From positions 1,116,001-1,180,000 of the forward strand of contig OZ025781.1 in the NCBI GenBank assembly GCA_964019425.1: 64,000 nt of DNA. Reading direction: 5' to 3'. Position numbers and translations under genes: made by a program. The notes under the pieces were generated by a model that saw nothing but the letters and a program-made list of their open reading frames with translations, did no database searches and had not been told where the DNA came from. Positions 47,398-58,300 of this stretch are shown piece after piece. Every line of letters starts with the position of its first letter. Within the stretch, counting starts at the first letter, position 1. This stretch comes from Flectonema sp. DT1601 (lineage: Eukaryota).

Positions 47398-49131
47398 CTA
47401 TACATTACTGAGATGTATGGGAGTTGGTAGTCCACTGAGTATTGCATTCTGTAAGTCAGTATACAATGTTGGAACTTCGGAAAGCTCGTCAGGTATTGGT
47501 TGGCCACTCAGCAACGCAATAGCAACTGTATTGTACGCATCCCACTTACCAGCTCCACAATGATGGATTTGATACATCCACTCGTCGTTGGCTACTTCGA
47601 ATGTTGGTATGATTTCGAATACAAACCTCGGCTTCTGATCATAAATAATTAATTTAAAAATTACTTTGCTTTGATTAGTTTCCTTAACTTCTTTGTGAAA
47701 AGCTTCGTTCGCCGCAAGTGGAATACCCAACGACGATCCAACACGTTCAATGGCAATGACCCACTTCGACATATCTCCTACCACACTATATCTGAGAGAT
47801 GTTTCTGTTCCTAAGTCACCACATGCTACAGCACCAGTAGCAACACCGATATTAATCTGTAGTTTGCGAGATGATTCTTCTTGGAAGGGTGACAAGAGTT
47901 TTTCAGAGGACTTCAGGACCTCCACAGCTGCATTTAAACAAGATTGAACATGAATGGTACTCGGCCTCAGTGCTCCGAAATTTGCTGAAAGTCGATCGCC
48001 CAAAAACAGATCAGGCGTACCTCTCGTTCTCGATACGATATCAAAACAAGTTCGTACAAGAGAAGAAACAAGTGATTCGAATGACTGAAGAGAGGATTCA
48101 AGTATTGTTATGGAGTTTCTAACGTTCACAACGAAAAGAGAAGCTTTTAGATTTCGAAAACATTTTCTCTGAAGTACACTTCTGATACTTTGTGCACCAA
48201 TCTCACTCGACACTTGTGATATCGACATAGTCTTACTGTGCGAGGAATCACTAAAATTGTCTGCTTCATCCTCAGAATTATCAAATGGTAAACAAGACCG
48301 AGGAAGATAGGGTTTGTATTTCTTCAGATTACTTAGCAACGACTCGAAAGCTTCTCGTAAATCACTCGGAATAGTTGATTCGTCAAGTAGTTCCTTTGCA
48401 CGGTCAAGATCGTAACTCGCAAGTGAATTTGCGATTTTATTGGCAGTTCTGATCGATGCGAGTACTTGATTGCGCTCTTTTAAAAGACCCTGTGCGAATC
48501 CTCGAGTACAATAGAAGTCACTTACAAATACGAATATTTGGATTACGAATGTCATAAGAGCAACGTCTGCGGGTTGGGGACATGGAAGTTTGTCGCACTC
48601 GACTTTTTCTCGGCGATTTGATTGAACCATATTCCCAACCTCGATGTCTAATATACCGAACCGAAACATGCTCTCACATGCCATGACTAATAAGTACAAA
48701 CTGCTTACGGCTACCATTGTTGCGGTTGTGCGAGGCTTCGCCTCGCACACAAGCAGGACATCGATAACAACAACCAAAACAGGCCAGAATCTATCTTGCC
48801 CAACAAACGTTGCACTGACAAGGTCAGAAATTAGAATTACCATCATTGCAGTGGCACCTATGGCTTCTAAAAACGTATCAGTAATGTCTACTTTACAGCC
48901 GACTATTAAAAACAAACTCACTGCAAAAAACATACTTATTAATCCACCACCAGCTATGTACAGTGCGTTGTCTTTTTGAGTTGCCATCTGTGCGATACCC
49001 ACAAACATAACAACGACTCCCAGCGGTATTAGAATCGACTTCCTTTTTACCTGTTGCGGGTTGTCTGTTTCTTTGATTGCTCGATTTAATAAACACGAGC
49101 AAAACTTCATGGAAAGCCGATTCACTGACAT
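47398..49131 (-). CDS. Multi-TM receptor-type class III nucleotide cyclase-like protein, catalytically degenerate
   Basis: About 6 TM segments, a KYKPYLP linker, then a cyclase fold: FLGDRLSANFGA, INIGVATGAVACGDLG, YSVVGD. Confidence 0.75.
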   Translation of the reverse strand: MSVNRLSMKFCSCLLNRAIKETDNPQQVKRKSILIPLGVVVMFVGIAQMATQKDNALYIAGGGLISMFFAVSLFLIVGCKVDITDTFLEAIGATAMMVILISDLVSATFVGQDRFWPVLVVVIDVLLVCEAKPRTTATMVAVSSLYLLVMACESMFRFGILDIEVGNMVQSNRREKVECDKLPCPQPADVALMTFVIQIFVFVSDFYCTRGFAQGLLKERNQVLASIRTANKIANSLASYDLDRAKELLDESTIPSDLREAFESLLSNLKKYKPYLPRSCLPFDNSEDEADNFSDSSHSKTMSISQVSSEIGAQSIRSVLQRKCFRNLKASLFVVNVRNSITILESSLQSFESLVSSLVRTCFDIVSRTRGTPDLFLGDRLSANFGALRPSTIHVQSCLNAAVEVLKSSEKLLSPFQEESSRKLQINIGVATGAVACGDLGTETSLRYSVVGDMSKWVIAIERVGSSLGIPLAANEAFHKEVKETNQSKVIFKLIIYDQKPRFVFEIIPTFEVANDEWMYQIHHCGAGKWDAYNTVAIALLSGQPIPDELSEVPTLYTDLQNAILSGLPTPIHLSNV

Positions 49132-51081
49132 ATTGATGCTTTTTGAAACACTAGACTGACCTGATAAAGTGAGAGGATAAAAGGTTATTTTAAATTTTGA
49201 TTACTCGTATGCGGAATGGAATTCATGTTTACTGAAGGGAGGACAATGAATGCGAGTGTTGGTATCCTTATGCTAGTATAAAATGATAGATAGTTGTGGG
49301 GTGGCGAAACCATTAAATGTTCTCAAGTCTGAGATCACCTCACTGAGTTGTATTAGGCCGCAATTGTAAATTGTTTTCGAGTGGGAGATGGGGTCAAATA
49401 AATATCGGATTCTTCGATTTTTTTTTTTTTTTTTTGGGAATGTAATACCAAGATGAGGTAGAATCCACCAGAACCCCAAAAATTGGTATTCCAATCGATT
49501 GCCGCCACGGCTTGGCACTCTAGATGCTTTTTGTCTGGATCTAAATCTAGTTTCTCGCAATCACCTAGGAAGATGTCACAGCCCTTGCCTTTGGATCAGC
49601 TGTCTGGATCCACCCTGGCTTCCCATCGAATCCGACCATTGCTCGCATAACCGCTGTTTGCCCGTCCCTTTCACTCCATACGAAGTCAGAAACTTTGATT
49701 TATTGTCTGGAGTCCAATAGGCCTTGTCCTTCTGCAGGTAGCTGACAAAGAAACTTGATTTTATGCGTCCTTTGAAATCCTCTTTATTTTTATTTCATTT
49801 TCCGGGACATAATGTCTTTTATGCACGCGTATCTTCTTTACTTACGAAGTAACTTTGGCAACAATTTATATCATCGTCTTGCTCACTATGTTGTGTTACT
49901 CGGTTAGATTTGAGGGATCTTACATTTCTTCAATTTTCTCTCAAAAACACATCTGATGAGGAACCTGTAAAATTAACAAATTGCTTATGACAGGGACAAG
50001 AGTAAACCACCGGAAAGAAGAAAAGAAAAAGAAAAAGAAAAGCGTGTCACTGACTCCGTTGTTGTTCCTTTTAATTCAGTTGGCTATAAAATTCAAAAAT
50101 TTTTTTTTTTTTTTTTTTAATTCTTTTTCACAAAGGAGGTTATCACCAGTACAAAACAGCAGCATCATGGTTCTCACGCTTGTTTAGCTGTTTAATTTTC
50201 TCTTTTGCCAAAATTCTCTTTTTATCTTCTTTTTTTATGGCAACTATAAGGAAAACGTTATTTGTTCCGTTCTCTTACTACCTAACTGAGGAAGCGGGCA
50301 GTCTTTAAAACGTACGTGCGCCACATTCAATAACAGCAGAAGTTCTCTTTGCGGATTTTCCACTCGAGACTTAGCAATTAGTTCCAAGGCACTCCAAGGA
50401 GAGAGCCTTTCTGAGAAAAACAGGAGTTTTTTTTTCTTTTTTTCTTTTTTTCTTTTTTTCTTTTTTTTCCTCTTCCTACGCTGTTTCCTGTTTCATGAGT
50501 ATAATACACAAAACACGTGAATCGCCGTATTTCCTGTTTCCTTTCTCTTAAACGGGCCGAGATGATTCCCGCCACGTGACCAAGTCGTCAGACACAATGG
50601 TTTTCACTATTGTGACTTCCAAACACGGTTGGCCTCAAGTTCATAGTATATAATATTATATTTTTCTTCTTTTTTTTTGCTTGATTTACGATCGCTAAAT
50701 CTCTCATTCTTTTGTGTTATTGTTTTTCAATGGAAAAGGGGGTGAAACTTTGACAATGTAAAAACAGTGGTAACAAATTTAGGTATTAAAAACAATTTTT
50801 TTCAAAAAGAAAAAGGGGGAAAAAAAAAAAAAATAATAAATAAAATAAAATGAAAACAACATCTTTTTTTTCATTTTTATGAATGAATTATATATTATAT
50901 TATTCTCAGGTTATTGCATAAAGTTGTTGTTGTTGTTTTTTTTTCCCCCTCCCCTTTTTTTTTTTTTTTTTCTGCGATGAATCACTCACCTCTCAAACCA
51001 CCTGCGAGAGGGAATGGTGAGGGAAGGGAGGGAACCTCCCAACGGCAAAGTAACAACATAAAGAACCAAAAAACTCAATTT

Positions 51082-52298
51082 CTATTCCATAGGTACTTGA
51101 AGTCTTGCACACTGTTGGTGTTCGTTTGTTGTTTGCTTCTCAAAAACGAAACGCTAATCAAACTTACCAAATAAAAAAAAAAGAAAACTACTAAACACAT
51201 ACGATATTAGTTATCGGGTGCATGCTGGACACGAATTGTTGAATTCCGGTAGCACCTTCGATGTTGTGCGGGTTGAGGCATGATTCGTGCTTTACCTGAT
51301 TTGTTATTTTGTTTTTGTAATCCCGTTGTGTTAGAATTACCCCATTAAACGAAGAAATAATAAAAAAAAGACATTACCGTGTAACCCAATGTGTGAAGAG
51401 ATTTAAGAAAGTTGTCAGGACCTCCAACAATATCTTTCCAGATCTCAGAGTAGATAATTGGAAGACGACCCGGCTGAGCCCAGGACGTAGTTCCGTTAAG
51501 AGCACGGTACTCAGAACCTTCGATATCCATTTTTGTGAAGGTAACATGATGAGGGAGTTTCTTATCTTCAGACCAAACTCTGTCCAAAATAGTTTGAAGA
51601 CGTGTAACAGGAACTCTGTATGCTTTTTGAATCTTATATCTCTGAGGGGAGTCCTCAAGTGCCTTCAGATCTGTTGGACTCCAGTCGACGTCTTTTCCGT
51701 AGAGCTGGCAGTGAACAGTTCCGTCTCCAATGTTGATGGTTGGCATCGCCATGGCACAGGCGCCTTCGTGGTCTCCAAGAAGTGCGTGATTAATAGATAT
51801 CAAAGGTGCGAGTGAAGGATTCAAACACATTGATAGTTTCAATAAAGCGACATTTGGAGGTGCTCCTTCCACAGCGACTGCTCTCCATCCCTTCACGGCC
51901 GCGTTGAATGTCCACCAACCGACGTTGGCACCGATGTCAACAGCAACAGATTCATGGCAATCAGTACCAGCTTCGCAAGCCTTCCATGCTGCTGGTGCTC
52001 TTGCCATTGTTGCAGCAGCAAACTCAAATGCTCTGCTGGATTGCGATCCCTCCCACTGACCTGATCGTAGGATGTCAGAACTTACGAAGTCATTTACTGC
52101 CCCGGCCTTATCGTAAACAGCTAACGTGAAACCGTACGTTGTTCTTGAAGCAGCAAAAGGAATCATCATTTCATCCAATACTTTGATCTCAGCTTCACAA
52201 CGTTGCTTTTCTTCCTCTTCCAACAGTCTTCTTCCAACTCTCTGACGCGCCTCACATCCCGAAGCGAGAAGTAGCGCTGCGACAATAGCAGACTTCAT
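51082..52298 (-). CDS. FkbM-family SAM methyltransferase with signal peptide, paralog 1, 347 aa, 3 exons (52298-51378, 51295-51203, 51111-51082)
   Basis: VDIGANVGWWT, AVEG, KMDIEGSE. Introns 51296-51377 and 51112-51202 restore the C-terminus that aligns to paralog 2. Confidence 0.85.
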
Positions 52299-53189
52299 TT
52301 TGGTATTTTTTTTTTTTTTGTGTTTGACGTAGCTGATAAGAGATTACAAGGAGTGAATATAATATGATCGTAGCCACTTATTGTTTAGGGAGAAGGGCCT
52401 ATTATAATTGTTGCATTGCCTATTGGGAATATTTTTTATTATTTCAAGTTGATAATTAGCTTCTCGACATGAAAACAACGTCCTTGAGAGCCAACAGACG
52501 AAATAACACATAATAAGAAAGATAATTTTATTTTTTTAAAAAAAAAGAAATGAGGTTCTCACTTGAGAGAGTAACGCACGCGGTTAGTTACTTTTTTTTT
52601 TTTTTTTTTTTTCTCACTTGTTTTTATAGAATACTTGTCCTTTCTTTTTTTTTTTTTTTCCCCCGCACGCCCCCTCCCTCCACACCGACATAACTCCGAA
52701 GTTCAGGTCTGAGTATTTTCAGTGTCTGTGCACTATAACCGTCTGACTGTTGCAGCATTATTAACAACAACAAACGAAAAAATTAAATCCACAGCACGCG
52801 CACAGAAAGTACAACGGACACTCATAGACGTTGCAAGAAAGGCAAAGCTTCGGAAAAACTCGCACTGAGTCCTCCGACTGCCCGCAGGGAAATGAACAAT
52901 ATTGCCCTTTTGCCGAATTTTTTTCTTTTTTTGAAGCTCAACCATTGCGATTGCTTCTGTAAGTCGAGTGTCGTTTCTTCTAAAGAAAACAAAAGAAAAG
53001 AAAAAGAACCGAGGATTGTTAATATTTAAGTCCGTCGAACAAAAAGAAACTGCTTAGTAAAAAACATCATTTTTAATTCACTTCTCCAATTATTGTGTTC
53101 CTTCTCGTGTTCTGTTTCGATTCACCAGGGAGCTCACTCAACTTTCAGACTTCATCAAAAGACGAAGGCGAGGCATAGGCCACAGAAGA

Positions 53190-54256
53190 CTATTGAGGCA
53201 GGGTAGCACACTGTTTTTGTTTTGTTTTGTTTTTGTTTTTATTATGTTTGTTGTTTTTTTTTGACTACGAAACAGCAAAACACCAATCCATCATACCAAG
53301 TTGTGAATTGCGCCCATAATTTCAACAAATTTCGCAGGAGATTCAATTGGGTTGTTTGAGCAGGTAGCATCTTTCACAACGTAGCCGGCACTTTTGATAG
53401 CCTGGATGTACTCAGCTGGCCCTCCAGATACAATTTTCCAAATTTCGGTGAAGAAAGTTGGAACCTTTTTCGAAGCAAAGAGATTGCGAGATCCATTAAA
53501 AGCGCGAAACTCAGAACCCTCGATGTCCATTTTGAGGAGGGTGACGTAGTCAGGAAGTTTTGGATCGGCTTCCCAGGCTTCCTTAACGACGTCATCAAGC
53601 TTTCTGATCTGTGTACGATAAGCAGTTTTGAGGTAACCTTTTGAGGCAACAAGTAATCCATCTATCTCATCATTTGTCCAACTGTTTTGATCTAACATTT
53701 TACAATGAAGTGCACCATCACCAACATTCTGAGATGGCATAGCAAGAACACATGATTGAGTTCCTTCACCAACAAGTGTTGGCATGATTCTAATTTTAGT
53801 AGCCAGGGTTGGGTTCAAACACTTTGACAGTGCGAGAAAAGCTAAATTAGTTGGTGCGCCTTCGACCGCAACGCTGTTCATCCCAAGTGACGCAGCACTG
53901 AATGACCACCACCCAAGATTTGCACCAACGTCAATGACGGAGTGACTGTGACAACCAGTTGGGTCTTTACATGTTCTTGGGAAGGATGCTATTTTGTCCT
54001 TTGCGTGAATGTAAGTATCCATAGCGATTGCGCCTTCCCACTGCCCGTGGTTCAAGATCTCACCACTGACACCATCATTCGCACCGTACACAGCCAATGA
54101 AAATCCTCCCCTCGTCTTCGCAATTTTCCAAGGCACATTAAACTTTTCTAAATTAGCTATTTCCTTTGCGCATGTCGACCTTTCCTCTGTCGTTAATTTC
54201 CGTTCATAGCGACCTGAGATAGCACTCGCTACTAAAATACACCCCACGCCAATCAT
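53190..54256 (-). CDS. FkbM-family SAM methyltransferase with signal peptide, paralog 2, 326 aa, 2 exons (54256-53297, 53210-53190)
   Basis: IDVGANLGWWS, KMDIEGSE. Intron 53211-53296 lies at the same position as the last intron of paralog 1 (HNL/CATLPQ vs TNI/CARLQV). Confidence 0.85.
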
Positions 54257-54535
54257 TTCAAAAAAAAAAAAGAAAAGAAGCTTTTCTTACAATTTCTGGA
54301 TGGAAAAAACATTAAAAATTCTTAAAATACAAAACACTTTCGGTGGACGACGACGGCGACGACGACGATCCAGAAAGATCGTTTCTGTATCAGCCAGCAA
54401 GCATTGACATGGAGGCTCAATCTTCTTTCATTCAGAAGCCGTTGTCAGAAAGACAAAATAACGAAACCTGGAAAGGTAACAAGCAAGCAAATTGGTATAT
54501 CCGGCGCATGTACTTTATTTTAGGGTGAAAAAAAA

Positions 54536-54582
54536 AGAGAAAAAGAGAGAGGGAGAGAGAGAGAGAGAGGGAGAGAGAGAGA
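54536..54582. repeat. (GA)n-rich microsatellite, a CT tract on the coding strand
   Basis: Direct reading. Confidence 0.8.
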
Positions 54583-55354
54583 CAGGTTGAAAGAAAGGTT
54601 AGATAAAATATGAAGTAATGAGTACAACAGACTACCAAGTCTAAGAGAGTCCCCAATGCTGTGGTAGTACATTGAACTAATCCCAAAAAAGGGAAATAGA
54701 GATAAGGAAACCGATAAAAGCCTGTAAAGACTTTCATTCGGGAGTTCTGAGTTTTTTTGATAGGCCATTAGCAGAGGGAATCGAATGGCTGACTGATGTA
54801 ATACGGCAGAGTGCAAGTTCAACACATTTTAATCACTAATTTTGTCAAATAAATAAATAATTCTTTTTTTTAAAAAAAAAAAAGAAAAAAGAAAAAATCT
54901 TTTCTTCCTCCATACCCCTTACCTAGCGCTGAAAAGAGGGCTAAGAAGGATATCGAGTAGTGTAAGTAATAAGTTAATTTTGTTAATTTTGTTAATCAAA
55001 AGTCCAGAGCTAACAACTGTAGAGTAGAGAATCAATTGCGGGAATTAAATTTGTGATTCGAACTTATTCTGGCAGAAAAAAAGCAAATTCAAAAAGGAAA
55101 ATCATTCGGTAAGCTAACGACTGAAAACAATAATTTAAAAAAAAAAAAAATGAAAGTCTGCAAGTCGATATTCAAAAGACTCTCAGAAGAGGCTGGCAAA
55201 TTAGAAATACAAAAAAAAAAAAAAAAAATGAAAACAGCAAAAATTAAACAGAAATAGACAAAAGAAAAGGCTCTTCACGTAAAACGTTGACACACAAGAC
55301 ACAAAAAAGTAAGTGCTGACAACATAAATAATACATGAAGACGATGTTGCTAAT

Positions 55355-58300
55355 TTAAACGGTTAGGAACTTTTCACTTGAAGTGTTGGTATTCCAAGTA
55401 TCCATTATTGGAGCTTCCACTTCACTAACAACTTCAACTTCACTGATTTGCGGTAAGTGAACTGGAGCCATTCTAATACTTCGTGACCTGACAGGGATAC
55501 GTGCCTTTGGGTTTCGAATAATTGCTTCAGCCTCTTCAGCATCTTTATCATCCTCCCATTTCTTACAGATAGACATAAATACTTGCTCAAGTGAAGTTTG
55601 ATTAATACTGTAGTCAACTATTTGGTATTCTTTTCTATTCGATTCCATCACACTAAAGATGTCGGAGAGTTTATCATCTCCTCCCTTGGCCAGTCGAATT
55701 GTAACTCTCTCACCAGTCTTTTCAAGAACAGTTGAGTTCTGAAACCTTGCCGTAATTTGAGTAATGTAGTTGGGTACGGCTGCCAGGGTTGCTATTTTTG
55801 CTTCAACTTCATAACCACCTCCGTACTTTTCTTTCAAACGGTTCAGAGATGCGATGCATTGCATCTCACCAGCAACCATTATCGCAACCCTGTTGGCCAA
55901 TGCCTCAACTTCTTCAAGGTGATGAGTAGTTAGGATGACACTCCTTCCGGATCCTACCGCCTGTAGTGCTCCCCACATTGACCTTCTCGCTACTGGATCC
56001 ATTCCAGCTGTGGGTTCATCCAATAATAGCTGTTGGTTTGATTTGGTTTGGTTTTGTTGAGTAGATACAACTCACAAATCACAGAACAATGACATACCGC
56101 AGCTGGTCCGCCAATCAGAGAGATTCCAATAGAAGTTTTCCTCTTATTACCTCCACTGAGTTGCTTACAAAGTTTGTATTTGTGAGGTCCTAATCCTAAG
56201 ATGTCACAAATGCTGTTGCAAATAGTTTCCTATTTTGTGAATATTATTTTTGAGTCACCACTAATAACAACACAACAAGAAAGAAGAGGCATACCTTCCG
56301 CGATGGGGGAACACCTCGTAAGTCGCAATACATGTTGAGGGTTTCCCAGGGAGTCAATAAATCCTGTTTTTTTTTTTTGTTTAGTTTTTTTTTTTATAAC
56401 ACACAAATTCCTTTTTGTCAGTTTAATAAGAAAAAATAATAACATTTCTACCATACCAACAAAGCATCAAACTGAGGACAGTATCCCAACTCCCTTCTCG
56501 CACTTGATGTTTCCGTCACAGTGTCGTAACCACCAACATGTGCAGAGCCAGAAGTCGGTGGAAACTCTCCAGAGACGATACTGAGAGTGGTTGTTTTTCC
56601 AGCTCCGTTGGTTCCAAGAAAGCAAAAAACCTCATCTCGAAGAACAGAAAAGGAAACAGTTTTAACAGCAACCGTCGGCTCCACTCCGAGTGGGGAATAC
56701 ACCTTGCGAAGATTATTTACAACGACGACGTATTTTTGCTTCGCTGAATCAGACTTTGGATCGATACTCTGAGTCACAATACGTTCCTGAACCACATCCT
56801 CATCCTCGATAGTCGAGACAGCAATCTCCGTAGTCGACGGATCCTTCGCATCGTTTGGTTTCTTTTTCAAACCCAAGAAATATAAAACTTCTGGGAAATC
56901 CATTGCCAAAGTTCCAAAATAAGCAACAGGAATCTGCAATGAAAGCCAAAGGCAATCCCAACCAATGATGTCCATATTAAAAGCTCCGTCTCGATTAATA
57001 TTAAATTGTTCTTTAAAAGGACGTAATGAAAGAGAGACAATTCCATCACCGAGACAGAACGATGGAACGACACGAAAACAGTGTCGGAGAACTTCTGAAA
57101 CACCAGTTGTGCTTTCGATACTCGCTAGGATGTTAGCAGTAATAACTAACACAAACCCAGTAAACACAGAGAGTGCAAGAACAACTGATTGTGCCTTCGT
57201 GTGTGCTTCAAAGAAAAATGATATCCAGTAGCTACAACCTATTGCTGACACACCGTACAACATAAACAGTAAGAGTGTTCCAAAAAAATTCTCAGCAGAA
57301 CCGATGTACTCACTCCTATCAAATATAAAAAACAAAATAAAAGCAACAGTAGTAGTCACACAATAACACAACATATCCCAAGTAAATGTAGATAACCAAT
57401 ATGCTGAAAGACTCACTCCCGATATGAGTTGAACGTGTTTTGATTTTAACTGTCGTTCTCTAACAATAAAACTCACATATGTAGAAGGAACCATCGTGAA
57501 CGGTACTAAAATAAAGAGAGCTATAAAAACTGTTTGCATCGACTCAAAAGTAGTATCAAAACCTTTTGAGTTCGGGAGTGGATGATTCCAAGCTCTAAGA
57601 AACGTTGAATTTACAACAAAAGCATCAGCTCCCCCCTCCAGTAGCTTTAGTTTTAATAAGATTGTATCCAAAAAGAGCAATGCCTGTGGGAGAGAATGCC
57701 TGAATGTTCCATTGTGTGCCACAAGTGTTGATTGTTGTCTGGAAATTGATTCTCCTTGTATTTTAAAAATCGTCGCCAAAGTTATATTATTTAAATATCT
57801 CTTGTACATTCTAACGTCTTTACTGAGAGACATGTTACCCCTCGCGACGTGACATTTCTTCTGTGACAAATCGTACTGGTGTTGAGAACTGATGTCTACA
57901 TAACCTCCAACTAACTTCTCTAACGAATGTTCGTAGTGTCCAGTGTGTAGTTCTTGTTCAAGTGACAACCATGTTGAGTTAATCACATCACCATCAGATG
58001 ATACCAAGTAAGATCCAATTTGATCAGCTCCCGGAGATGACTGGAGGGATGGGAAAGCAGTAGCAGCCTCAGCTTTTTCAGGAAGCAACTTCCATTTCGG
58101 CATGTTTGGGATCGGGATCAGTGACAGTCCTAAAACCAAAGCGATTAAAACCATCGGTAACAATAGTTGAAAACAAATCGTACGCTTGTCTCGTTTTCCG
58201 TAATGAAATCTCTTAACAAGCCCCGCCTTGAACTGTGCTATCGTTAATTGAAATCCTGAAATCAATTCGTCATCTGATACTGTGAAGCCAGGATTATCTC

